Source: Chiloscyllium plagiosum
Lineage: Eukaryota
Reading direction: 5' to 3'
Assembly (NCBI RefSeq): GCF_004010195.1
Contig: NC_057718.1
Location: forward strand, 63,140,225-63,204,224
DNA length: 64,000 bases
Under the pieces are notes generated by a model. It did not search any database, had not been told where the DNA came from, and saw only the letters and a list, made by a program, of their open reading frames with translations. A program made the translations under genes and the position numbers. Shown here one piece after another: positions 12,363-24,634 of this stretch; the first letter of the stretch is position 1; every line of letters begins with the position of its first letter.

Positions 12363-12464
12363 TTTTGTGTTCATATTTTGTGAAAATTCCAAAATAGTGT
12401 CAACTCTAGTCCATGCATCAGGATGCTCCTTTAAATGAGTTAAGACCTCCTGTGCCATTCTTTG
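12363..12464 (-). CDS. XPO1: Exportin-1 exon 3, QRMAQEVLTHLKEHPDAWTRVDTILEFSQNMNTK
   Basis: 102 nt, AG acceptor, AAA|gtaagt donor. Confidence 0.97.
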
Positions 12465-13394
12465 CTATTAGAAGAAAAAATCCTACAATTACTTCAAATG
12501 AAGGTACAAAACAAAGTAACATAAGAAGTCATTAACCATTATTCCATACAGTTATAAAGTCACTATAACCACATCAAATCAACAAAATATAGCATTAGCA
12601 AATCCTGCAGAGCAGATAACATAGCTTTGGATGTTTAAAGTCAGGGTAGCACTAATTACCATAGAAGAATTATTGGCCACTGCAAATGTTCACAACACTG
12701 AAAACAATTTTTCTTTAAGAGCAACAATAATTACCTGAAAATTTATAATTCTATTTGGTGGGGTCTCTGACTCAGAAACAGAAGCTTGGACTAAAGGAGC
12801 AAGAAACTACCAAACAAACTTGAATTACCCAAGGTCTTTGAAAAAATTTTAAGTTACTGTCAAGAAAGACTCCCACACTTATTCAAGGTATCGAACATTA
12901 CATCAAACTGGTGAAACAGACTTCCAAACCAACTGGTAGATTTGGAAGGAAAGCATTAACTGTCTGAACCTTGCCTCTCAGCCATAAGATGTTCATGTTT
13001 AGCAAACTCTTATAATTTCTCCTTTACCAATTTCACCTGTGTGGGTGGGGTTTAGCAACATCTCAAACAAACCTACCGAAAACACGGCAAGTTTGTTGCA
13101 AAGTGGTGATTTCAAAATTTAGAATGTTTAGAGGAATGCACAATTCATTTACTGATCTTGCAGCTTTGTGCTCATAATATGTAAAACATCATTCCTATGA
13201 ATATCAATCCATTATCTACAAAATATCATTAAGACAGCAAATTCAATTTCCGCCAGGTTTCACTAGACACAGTTCGAGTGGCCTGTTAATGAGGACTTTG
13301 TTAAGTAACACTTTACTCTATCATAAGATGGGCATGTGTGACATCCCTAATTGCTCTTGAATGGAGTGGCTTGCTAGGCTAATTCAGAGGATAG

Positions 13395-13515
13395 GAGAAG
13401 GTGATGGCTGCAGATGCTGGAGATCAGAGTTGAGAGAGTGGTGCTGGAAAAGCACAGCAGGCCAGGCAACATCCAAGGAGTAGGAGAATTGACATTTCCG
13501 GAAGGAAACCTTTGA
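13395..13515 (-). mobile_element. Degenerate copy of the short hammerhead-bearing element
   Basis: ctgcagatgctggagatcagag...gctggaaaagcacagcagg...ggagaattgacatttc matches 54827-54951; core decayed. Confidence 0.7.
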
Positions 13516-13616
13516 CTTCGATTCAGAGGAGAGTTGAATCAACCACATTGTTATGGATCAAGAATCACATTTGAAGACGACCAGGTAAGGGTGACAGACT
13601 CTCTTCCTTAAAAGGG

Positions 13617-15700
13617 CATAGAGTCATAGAGATGTACAGCATGGAAACAGACCCCTCAGTCAAAGTCATCCATGACCACTAGGTATCCCTACCCAATCTA
13701 ATCCCACCCATCAGCACCTAGCCCATCCCTCCAAACCCTTGCGATTCATACACCAATCCAGATGCCTTTTAAATGTGGGAATTGTATGAACCTCCACCAC
13801 TTCCTCTGGCAGCTCATTCCATACACATACCACCCTCTGCGTGAAAAAGTTGCCCCTTAGGTCTCTTTTATATCTTTCTCCTTTCACCCTAAACCTATGC
13901 CTTCTGTTTCTAGTTTCCCCCTCTCCAGGGAAGAGACTTTGTCTATTTATCCTATCCATGCCCCTCATGATTTTATAAACCTCTGTAAGGTCACCCCTCA
14001 ACCTCCAATGCTCCAGGGAAAAACAGCCCCAGCCTGTTCAACCTATCCCGATGGCTCAAACTCTTCCAACCATGGCATCATCTTTGTAAATCTTTTCTGA
14101 ACCCTTTCAAGTTTCACAACATCTTTCCGATAGGAAGACCATAATTGCACGCAATATTCCAACAGTGGCCTAACCAATGTCCTGTACAGTCGCAACATGA
14201 CCTCCCAACTCCTGTACTCAATACTTTCTGACCAATAAAGGAAAGCATACCCAACAGCTTCTTCACTATCCTATCTACCGGTGACTCCACTTTCAAGGAG
14301 CTATGAACCTGCACTCCAAGATCTCTTTGCTCAGCAACACTTCCTAGGACCTTACCATTAAGTGTATAAGTCCTGCTAAGAATTGCTTTCCCAAAACAGC
14401 ACCTCACATTTATCTAAATTAAACTCCATCTACCACTTCTCAGCCCATGGCCCATCTGATCAAGATCCCATTGTAACTGAAGTAACCTTCTTCGCTGTCC
14501 ACTACACTTCCAACTTTGGTGCCATCTGCAAACTTATTAACTATACCTCTTATGCTCACATACAAATCATTTATATAAAATGATGAATAATAGTGGAGCC
14601 AGCGCCAATTCTTGTGGCACTCCACTGGTCACCTTGCTGATCTTGGAGGGGCTCTATTCTCTCCCTAGTTACTCTTTTGTCCTTAATGTATATGTAAAAA
14701 CCCTTTGGATTCTCCTTAACCCTATTTGCCAAAGCTACCTCATGTCCCCTTTTTGCCCTTCTGATTTCTCTCAAGTATATTCCTATTGCCATTAGACTCG
14801 AAGGATTCATTCAATCTATCTTGTTATACCTGACATGCTTCCTTCTTTTTCTTAATCAAACCCTGAATGTCTTTAGTCATCCAGCATTCCCTACATCTAT
14901 CAACCTTTCCTTTTATTCTAACAGGAATATATGGTCTCTGGATTCTCGTTATCTCATTTCTGAAGGCTTCCCATTTTCCAGCAGTCCCTTTACCTGCGCT
15001 CCGCCACTGACACCTCAGTCACCTGCCCTGTCTTATTTACCAAGAGCAGATCTAGTTTTGCACTCTCTCTAGTAGGTACATTCAGGTACTGAATCAGAAA
15101 ATTCTCTTGTACACATCTAAACCCTTAACACTATGGCAGTCCTAGTCAATGTTTGAATTGTTAAAATCCCCTACCATAACCACCCTAATACTCTTACAGA
15201 TTACAGAGATCTCCTTACAAATTTGTTTCTCAATTTCCCTCTGACTATTAGAGGGTCTATAATATAATCTTAATAAGGTGATCATCCCTTTCTTATTTCT
15301 CAGTTTAACCCAAATAACTCCCCTGGATGCATTTCCGGGAATATCCTCCCCCAGTACAGCTGTAATGCTATCCCTTATCAAAAAGGCCATTCCCCCTCCT
15401 CTTTTGCCTCCCTTTCTGTCCTTCCTGTAGCACTTGAAGACTGGAACATTAAGCTGCCAGTCCTGAGCCACATTTCTGTAATTGCTATGATATCCCAGTC
15501 CCACTTTCATAACCATGCCTTGAGTTCATCTGCCTTCCTTGTTAGGCTTCTTGCACTGAAATAAATGCAGTTTAATTTATCAGTCCTACCTTGTTCGGTG
15601 CTTTGTCCCTGCCTGCCCTGACGGTTTGACTCGCTTCTTTTCTCAACTGTACCAGTCTCAGACCGATCTCGTTCCTCACTACCTCCCTGAATCCCAACCC
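13617..15700 (-). mobile_element. HER1/CR1 LINE, endonuclease + RT with internal deletions
   Basis: CIYFSARSL, RKDR..KRGGG, YYRP, GDFN, KFADGTK, RGDLTEVYKI; (ctatgact) 3' tail at ~13617; deletion junction ~14630. Confidence 0.9.
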
Positions 15701-15884
15701 CAAATTCAAACAACGGCTGCAGACAGATCTCAACTGATGTCCACAGAGCAGAAGGGGCATTTGGACAACTAGACCAGTGGCATTGCCAGTATATCCCCGA
15801 CATAACAAATGTATTGGCGACACCAACATTTTCGACCGTAAGACACAGAAGCAGAAATTCAATTTTGGCTGATAAGTTTCTCAA

Positions 15885-18800
15885 CCCCATTCTCCTGCTT
15901 TCTCCCTGTTAACCCTTGATCCTCAAGAACATATCTATCTCAGTCTTAAATATACTCAATGACCTAGCCTTCTATGGCAATGAATTTCATAGATTTACAA
16001 CTCACTGGCTGAAAACATTTCTCCTTATTTCTGTTCTAAAAAGATCCACCTTTTACTCTAAGGTTGTGCCCTCAGGTCCTAGTTTCTCCTACCATTGGAA
16101 ACATTTTCCCAACATCTACTGTGTCCAGGGCATTCAGTATTCTGTAAGTTTCAATTAGATTCCCCCTTATCCTTCTAAACTCCATTGAGTACAGGCTCAG
16201 AGTCCTCAAACTTTTTTTTATATCCTTCAACCTGAGCAAATGCAAGGTCTTGCATTTTGGAAAAAAAAAATACAGGGATGGACTATTTTCTGAACAGTGA
16301 GAAAATTCATACACCCGAAGTATAAAGGGATCTGGGAGTGCTAGTCCAGGATTCTGTAAAGGTTAACTTGCAAGTTAAGTGCGTTATTAAGAAAGTGAAT
16401 GTAATGTCATCATTTATCTCAAGAGAGTTGGAACATAAAAGCAGCGATGTGCTTCTGGGACTTTATAAAGCTCTAGTTAGGCCCCATTTGGAATACTGTG
16501 CCAAATTTTGGGTCTCACGCCTCAGGAAGGACATAGTGGCACTGGAGCATGTCCAGCGGAGATTCACAATATGATCCCTGGAATGGTAGGCCTAACCTAC
16601 AATGAATGGATCACGATCCTGGGATTGTATTCATTTGAGTTTAGAAGGTTGAGGGGAGATCTAATGGAAACTTAGATGATGATGCACAATTTAGAAAGGG
16701 TGGACACTCGGACATTGTTTCCATTAGGCAGGGAGACAAGGACCAGTGGGCACAGCCTTAGAATTAGAGGGGGTAAATTTAGAACAGAAATGAGGAACAT
16801 TTCTTCAGCCAGAGAAGAAATGGGCCTGTGGAATTCATTGCCACGGAGCGCAGGACATTAAATGTCTTCATGGCAGAGTTTGACAAATTCTTCATCTCGC
16901 AAGGAATTAAGGTCGATGGGGAGAGTGCGGGTAAGTGGAGTTGAAATGCCCATCAGCCATGATTAAGTAGTGGAGTGGAGTCGATGGGCTGAATGCCCTT
17001 ACTTCCTCTCCTACATCTTATATGTCAAGCTTTTCATTCCTGGGACCATTCTAATGAGCCTCCTCTAAGCACACTCCAGGGCCAGTACATCCTGAGGTAT
17101 GAAGCCCAAAACTGTCCATGGTACTCCAAATGTGGTCGGACCAGAACATTATAAAGCCGCAGAAGTACATCCCTGCTTTTATATTCAAGTCCTCAAAATA
17201 AATGCCATTGTTGCATTTACCGCCCTAACTACTGAAGGTAAACTTACAGGTTGAGTCAGAGAATCTTGGACTAGAACTCCCAAGTCTCGTTGCACTTCAG
17301 ATTTCTGAATTTTCTCCCCATTTAGAAAATAGTCTGTGCCTCAATTGTTTCTACCAAGTGCATGACCTTACACTTTCCCACATTGTAATCCATCTGCCAC
17401 CTCTTTGCTCATTCTCCTAACCAGTCCAAATCCTTCTGCAGCCTCCCCACCTCCTCAATGCTACCAGTTCCTCCATCTATCTTTGTACTGTATACAAATG
17501 TAGACAGAATACCTTCAGTTCCTTCATCTTAGATCGTTAATTTATAAACTGAAAAGTTGTGTTCTGAACACAGCCTTGTAGAACACCACTTGTCACCAGC
17601 TGCCACCCTGAGAAGGACCCTTTTATCCCCACTCTCTACTTTCTGCCAGACAGACAAGCTTCTATCCACGTTAACATTTGCTTCTAAAACCATGGGCCCT
17701 TCTCTTACACAGTAGCCTCCTGCGAGGCACCTTGTCAAAGGCCTTCTTGACATCCAGGTAGATAATATCCATTGGATCTTCTTGGTCCAACATGCTCATT
17801 ACTTCCTCAAAGAATTCTAGCAGATTTGTCAGGCATGACCTCCCCTTGATGAAACCATGTTGACACTGCCCTATTTTACCACACACTTCCAAGTATTCAG
17901 AAATCTCAGCCATCACAATGGATTCCAAGATCTTACCCACAGCAAACGTTAGGCTAATCAGTCTGTAATTTTCCATCTTTTGCCTCACTCTTTTTAAACA
18001 GGGATGTCACGTTATTGGTTTTCTAGTCGTCTGGGACCCTCCCTGACTCTAGCGATTCCCAAAGATCACCACTAATGCCCCTATTATCTCTTCAGCTATC
18101 TCCCTTAGAACTCTGTGGTGTAGTCCATCTGGTCCACGCTATTTATCCACCTTCAGGCAATTCAGTTTTTCTAGCACCTTCTCCTTGGTGATGGTCACCA
18201 TACTCAGATCTGCCTCCTCACTTGAATTTTTGGGATGTTACTCATGTCTTCCACCGTGAAGACTATTGTGAAGTAATTTTTCAGTTCTTCAGTCATTTCC
18301 TTGTTCCCCACTATTTCTGTAGCGTCATTTTCCAGCAGCCAAATATCCACTTTTTCCCTTTATATATCTAAAGAAACTCAAATCTTCCTTTATACTACTG
18401 GCTAGCTTACCCTCATATTTAATCTTCTGCCTCACTTTTTTTTTTGTTGGTCTTTGTAAGCTTCCCAATCCCCTTAGCCACATTTTATGCTTTCTCTTTT
18501 GCTTTTATGCTGTCCCCGACTTCTCCAGTCAGCCATGATTGCCTCATTCTCCCTGTATTTTTCCCCATTGGGAGGAATCTCTGCTGTGTCGCCTGAATTA
18601 CTCCCAGAAATCCTGCCACTGCTGTTCCACTGTCTTTCCTGTTCGGCTCCTTTCCCAGTCAATTCTACCCAACTGCTCCATCATGTCTCTGTAGTTGCCT
18701 TTATTCAGCTTTAATACCATCACCTCTGATTCTATCTTCTCCCTCTCAAACTGCAGTGCAAATTCAATCATATTATGATCACAGCCTCCGAAGGGTTCCT

Positions 18801-19420
18801 TCACCTTAAGGTCCCTTATCAAGTCTGCCTCATTGCACATTACTAAATCCAGTCTTGCCTGTTCCCTAATGGGGTCCACCACAAGCTGCTCCAAAAAGCC
18901 ATCTTGTAGGCATTCCACAAATTCCTTTCCTTGCAATCAACTACCAACCTGATTTTCCCAGTCCACCTGCATATTGAAATCGCATACTGTGATCACTGTA
19001 ACTTTGCCTTTCCTACACATCTTTCCTATCTCCTTGTGCCCCAGCTCCTGATTACTGTTTGGAGGCCTAAAAGTAACTCCAACTATGCTTTGCTTTACCT
19101 TTGCAGTTCCTCAATTCTACCCACAAATCCTACACCATCCGACCCTACTTCGTTTCTTACTATTGATTTAATTTCATTTCTTACTAATAAGGCAACTCCA
19201 CCCTCTCTGCCCACCAGCCTATTTTTTCAATAGGATGTATATCCTTCAATATTCAGCTCCGAATCCTGATCCCCTTACAGCCACGTCAGGATTGTCTTTT
19301 TTTGCCCCCATCATACCTGCCAATTTTGATCAATGCCGCAAGCTCATTTACTTTATTCCTTATACTGTTTGCATTCAGATATAACACCTCCAGTCCTGCA
19401 TTAACAGCCCCTCTTTTCAT
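15885..19420 (-). mobile_element. Older CR1 LINE (EN+RT), interrupted by an opposite-strand CR1
   Basis: LDLVMCN, DHNMIEF, NYRLISLT, QHGFIKGRSCLTNLLEFF, YLD..KAFDKVP; 3' part at 15885-16225. Confidence 0.85.
16230..17025 (+). mobile_element. CR1 LINE 3' fragment nested in the previous element
   Basis: LYKALVRPHLEYCAKFW, TSGHSL motifs, 3'UTR-like end. Confidence 0.85.
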
Positions 19421-19669
19421 TGTCCAATGTGCTTGAAGTTTAATTGCAAACCCTTTCCAAACACTATTTTGCTGTCAAATCAGAGGTCCAGTAACATCAA
19501 GTAATAGAATTTTTAATTAAACTTTGTCATTTGTTCCAGTCTGCACCTATGTGCAAAATTCTAACCAAAATGTTCACAGATCTGTTAAGAATGATATTTC
19601 ATAGCTCGACATATTTTTATAGTGGCCATGTGCACTGTGGCTACTGACTCCTTTACGGGACTGATTTAT

Positions 19670-21400
19670 TTTAAGTCACTCATGGGATATCAGTGTCACT
19701 GGCTGAGCCAGTATTTACTGCCCATCCCTCGTTGCCTCTCAGAAGGTTGGGGTGAGCTGCTTTTTTGAACTGCTGCAATTTATTTGGCATTGGTACAACC
19801 ACAAAGCCATTACAGGAGGACATTCTAGGATTCTGACCCAGTGACACTGAAGGAATGACACTTTTATTTTCTCACCACTGTCCTGCAAGACCATAGGGGT
19901 GCTCTCTCAAATCAACCTGATTAACCCGAGTGTCACTATCCCTCAGGCAAGGGGAAAGCTTGAAAGGGATAGCCCTTTAGAGTAACCTCAATCAGTTTGA
20001 GAACTGAACCTGTGTTATTGGAACCACTCTGCATCATAAACCAACTGCCCAACTGAGAACCCTATTTCTAAGTCAGGATAGTATCTTGGAGGAGAACATG
20101 CAGGTGGTGACATTCCATTTTATCTGTTGCCCTTGTCTTTCTAAATGGCTGTTTGCCATGGGTTTGGAATGTGCTGTCAATGGAGCCTTAGTAAATTTCT
20201 GCATTGTGTCTTCTGGTTGGTACACGTTGGGTGCTACAGAGCATCAGTTGAGGAAATGAATATTTGTGGACACGGTGTAAATCAAGTAGACCACTTTTGG
20301 CGATAGCACTGTCTGGGGCATTGTTTGCAAGGAATAATTCTGAGAGTATGACTATGTTAGGCTGCAGCTTGGCCAGTCGGAGACAGCTCTCCCAATTTTG
20401 ACATCAGCCCCCCCCCAGATGTTAATAAGGACTTTGCAGGACTGACAGGGCTGTTTGCCATTGTTGTTTCTGGTACCTTAAGTCAATGCCAGGTTGTTCA
20501 TCCAGTTTTATTTCTTTTGTCCTTTCCAGAGGTAAATGCAACTGGCTTGCTAGGCCTTTTGGGAGGGCAGTTAAGAGTCAACCTCATTCAAGTGAGACTG
20601 GAGTCACACGTAGGCCAGACAAGGCAAGGTCATGCATGAACCAGGCGGGTTTTACAACAATCTAGAGTGTTTTCACGGTAATTTTTATTGGATTCAAATT
20701 CCACCACCTGTTGTGGGGAGATTCAAACCCAGGTCCCCAGCATATTAACTAGGCCCCTAGATTGCTGGTCTAGCAATAATATCACTGGACCATGCACCCC
20801 ATTTTACATTTTATAGAAGAACAAAATACGCTGCTCCTTTTGTACCACCTACCAAAATGAATAACCTCACAATTAACCTGCCCAAACACACAGCCTAACT
20901 TCCCTTGAAGCTTCTGCAACCTCCATACAACTCATTTTCAGATATTATAAAACTCGGTGGAAATTTGAAAACAGTACATTCTACAATGAAATCATTGACA
21001 TAAACCATGAAGACCTCAGGAGTCCAAGTACTGATCCTTCTGGTATCCCACTAGTCATATCTGGCCAACCAGAGAAAGCTTTCTGCCCGTTAACCAATCC
21101 TCAATTTATACTAGTATACAAATCGCAGTCTAACGCAGTTTGATTTTGTTAACCAACCTCCCTTTATCTGAAAGTCCAAATACATCACATCAACTGCTTT
21201 CCCTTATCCATTCTGCTAATAATAAAAATTTCCCTTCATTTATCCATATTGATACTGTCCAATTAGACAATTATTATTTTTACATATCCTGTAATCACAT
21301 CCTCTATAATCGCTTCTAGTATTTAACCTCTTGATATCGCACTAGCAGATCTGTAGTTCCCAGTCCTCTCTCTGTTTTAAACAATGGGATTAGATTTGCA
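19670..21400 (-). mobile_element. Cluster of decayed LINE 3' ends / SINE-like fragments
   Basis: Recurrent gcccatccct..ttgcc.. motif (also at 13340 and 56800; inverse at 8400-8500) and CR1-like RT relics. Confidence 0.5.
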
Positions 21401-22084
21401 TAAAGGAGATTTCTGACCAGCAAGACAGGATAATAAATCTCTAACAATGACTTTGTAGTTCCATAGTCAGCATAACCTCAGGACACCTTTAAAGGATTGC
21501 ATAGCAAATTAAAATTTTTGAAATGTTATCACAGCTACATAATGGAGTATCACAGTTATTTGTGCACAGCAAGGTGATAAATTACCAGATAATTTGTGCT
21601 TGTACAGTTGGCAGAAATGGAGTTAAAGGGCTCTGTCCAACAAAGAAAAATGCAATAGGCTTTAATGTTTAATAGCAGTAAATGCCAAGAGTCTTGCCAT
21701 TATTTCTGCTCCAAAATTTCTATTACATAATTGAGAATAGGTTCTTCTGCCGTTCCTATTATCAACATTAACCCACCTGGTTTATAAATTCTAATACTTG
21801 TTCAAAATATGCTAACCTAAATTCTGGCATTATTCAACCTCTCTCTCTTTCCAAGCTACTATGAAACGCACTTGTCATATATTGCTAAAAAGGACAGATT
21901 ATGACGTGCACTCATCAGGACAACTCAAGACTACCAATAAACAGGGAACCCAGCATTTTTACTGCATGGCACTGCTGATTGGTTGGCAAGTGGACTCTGG
22001 TTGAAAGCGATATCGCCATTGAGATTTGTTGGCATTAATGCCAACTAATCAGCATTCTGATGATTAAGGGACTGATAAGGGGGG

Positions 22085-24020
22085 GGGGAAAATAGCATGC
22101 AATTAAGCGAGTGTGAAATCTTCTACAGGTGTGTGAAGAGAAAAAGAACAGTCAATATAAATGCAGGTACTCTACAGACAGAAGCAGAAGTGTAATAGGA
22201 AATAAAGAGATAGCAGAGCAATTAAACACATATTTTGGTTTGGTCTTCATAAAGGGGAGACAAAAATACCATCCCAAAAATATTGTAATTGAGAGGAGGA
22301 ACTGAAGGAAATCTGTATTAGTGGGGAAACTACAGGGGTAAAATTGATGGGATTAAAGGCTGGTAAATCCCCAAAACCCAATAATCTCAATACCAAAGGA
22401 AATGGCTCGAGATATTGTGGATGCCAAGTTTCAAGATTCTATACACTCTGGAATAGTGCCTATGCACTGAACAACATGAAACAGGAATCATTCTTGACAA
22501 ATATATTGAAATTTTTTTGAGAATAAAACTATTAGAGTAGGTAAGAGGGAGCAGTGGTTGTGGTTTATTTGAATCTTCATTCAAAAGGCTTTTAATAAGA
22601 TGCCTCATAAGAGACCAGTATGTAGAAGTAAACAGCATGGGATTATTGGTATGCACTGAGATAGAAAACCGATTGGTAGTTAGGAAACAAAATAGGAATA
22701 AACAGGTTTTTTCTCGAGTGGCAAGCAGTGCCTACTGCGGTACTGCAAGGACTAGTACTAGGACCCCAGCTATTCACAGTATATATTAAATGATTTAGGT
22801 AAGTGAAATAAACACGATATCTCAAGAGTTTGAAAAAGACAACGCTGGGTGGGAGAATGAACTGAGAGAAGAACGGCGGCACTGTGGCACAGTGGTTAGC
22901 ACTGCTGCCTCACAGCGCCAGAGATCCGGGTTCAATTCCCGCCTCGGGCGACTGTCTGTGTGGAGTTTGCACGTTCTCCCCGTGTCTGCGTGGGTTTTCT
23001 CCAGGTGCTCAGGTTTCCTCCCACAATCCAAAGATGTGCAGGTAAGGTGAATTGGCCATGCTAAATTGCCCGTAGTGTTAGGTAAGGGGTAAATGTAGGG
23101 GTATGGGTGGGTTGCGCTTCGGCGGGTCAGTGTGGACTTGTTGGGCCGAAGGGCCTGTTTCCACACTGTAATGTAATGTAATCTAATCTAAAGAACGCAG
23201 AGAGGCTTCAGTTTCTCTGGTCAAGTTGACCGAGTGGGCAAACGCATAACAGATGAAGTATAATGTGGATGAATCTGAGGCTATCCACTTCGATAGCAAA
23301 TGACAGGAACTCAGCTTATCTGAATTGCGACAGATTAAGAACGGGGAGGTGAAACTAGACCTGGGTATCATTGTACACCAGTTGCTGAAAGCGTGCAGAT
23401 ACAGCAGGTAGTGAAGAAGGTAAATGATAAGTAGGATGTTGGCTGGCATAGCAAAAAGGATTCAAAAAGAGAAGCAGCAATATCATGGTGCACTTGTACT
23501 GGGCCTCAGTCAGACCACACCTGCAGTTTTGGTCTCCTTATCTGAAGAAGGATTTTCTAGCTTAAGTGCGAGTGCAACAAAGTCTGATTCCTGGGACAAC
23601 AGGACAGAGGTATAGAGAAATTCAATCAGTTAGGACAATATTGGATGGGGTGGGGAAAAGCTTGCAGAAACTTTTAAAATTCTATTATGGCTAGACAAGA
23701 TAAAAGGTAGGAAAAATGTTCTTGATGACTCAGTTTACTGCCACAAGTCACAGTTTAAAAATATGGGGTGGACCATTTAGGACTGAGACGAGGAAAAATT
23801 TCTTCAGAGTGATGAGCCTGTGGAATTCTCTACTCCAGAAATCTTAAACACAATGTTTTCAAGAAGGAGCTAGATTTTGTTCTTAGGGCTGAAGTGATCA
23901 AAAGCTATTGGAAGAAAGCAGGAACAGGTGATGAAGCTGGATGATCAGCCACAATCATACTGAATGGCATTGCAGGTTTGAAAGGCTGAATGACTATTCC
24001 TGCTCCTATTTTCCATGTTT
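22085..24020 (+). mobile_element. Decayed CR1 LINE with nested SINE
   Basis: KSP, KAFNKMP, QGLVLGP, VRPH-like relics and a CR1 3' end. Confidence 0.75.
22875..23190 (+). mobile_element. Full-length HE1-type tRNA-derived V-SINE
   Basis: A box TGGCACAGTGG, B box GGTTCAATTCC, V-domain tgtgtggagtttgcacgttctcccc, (aatct)n tail, AAGAAC TSD (22869-22874, 23191-23196). Confidence 0.92.
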
Positions 24021-24074
24021 TATGTCTTCGCATACAGCATAAATGTTCATTTCTCCCAATGAATTGGTATTCAT

Positions 24075-24347
24075 AAAATTCCTACAGTTTAGAAAGAGGT
24101 TGCTCAACCCATCGAGTCTGCACCGACCTTCTGAAGAGCATCCCATCCAAACCCAGATCCCCACCCTATCCCCGTAATCCCACATTCACCATAATTAATC
24201 TGTCCAGCCTGCACATCCCTAGACACTACGGACAATGTAGCATGTCCAATTCACCTAACTTGCGCATTTTTGGATTGTGGGAGGAAACCGGTGCACCCAC
24301 TAGAAAATCACGCAAACACAGGGAAAGAATGCAAACTCCACACAGTC
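24075..24347 (-). mobile_element. Degenerate HE1-type SINE lacking the tRNA head
   Basis: tgtgggaggaaaccgg...tgcaaactccacacag V-domain. Confidence 0.8.
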
Positions 24348-24508
24348 ATGTGAATTTCGAATATTCTTGTGAATTATCCTGATAACTACAAGACTAAAAG
24401 CTTTAACAGTTTTTTTTTCAGCAAAACTCATTTTGCATTACTAAATGTTCATTTATTAAAATAAACTGATATTAACTGGGTGAATTTAATTTAAATTGAC
24501 TGTGTTAC

Positions 24509-24634
24509 CTGTGCACCTTCTCCGTGATACAAGCAATTCACCACATTATCCAGAAGATTTATATCAAGCTTCTGAGTGAAGTCCAGCAGCTGGCGAGCTG
24601 CATGGTCTGCCAAAATTGTCATTATGGCTGGCAT
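24509..24634 (-). CDS. XPO1: Exportin-1 first coding exon (exon spans 24509-24640), MPAIMTILADHAARQLLDFTQKLDINLLDNVVNCLYHGEGAQ
   Basis: ttcttgcag|TAATCT ATG start at 24634, CAG|gtaaca donor; N-terminus of CRM1. Confidence 0.98.

Noticed and set aside
22875..22950. tRNA gene (also at 35550-35620 and 49616-49685)
   Set aside because: The A/B boxes continue into a SINE body and tail, so these are SINE heads
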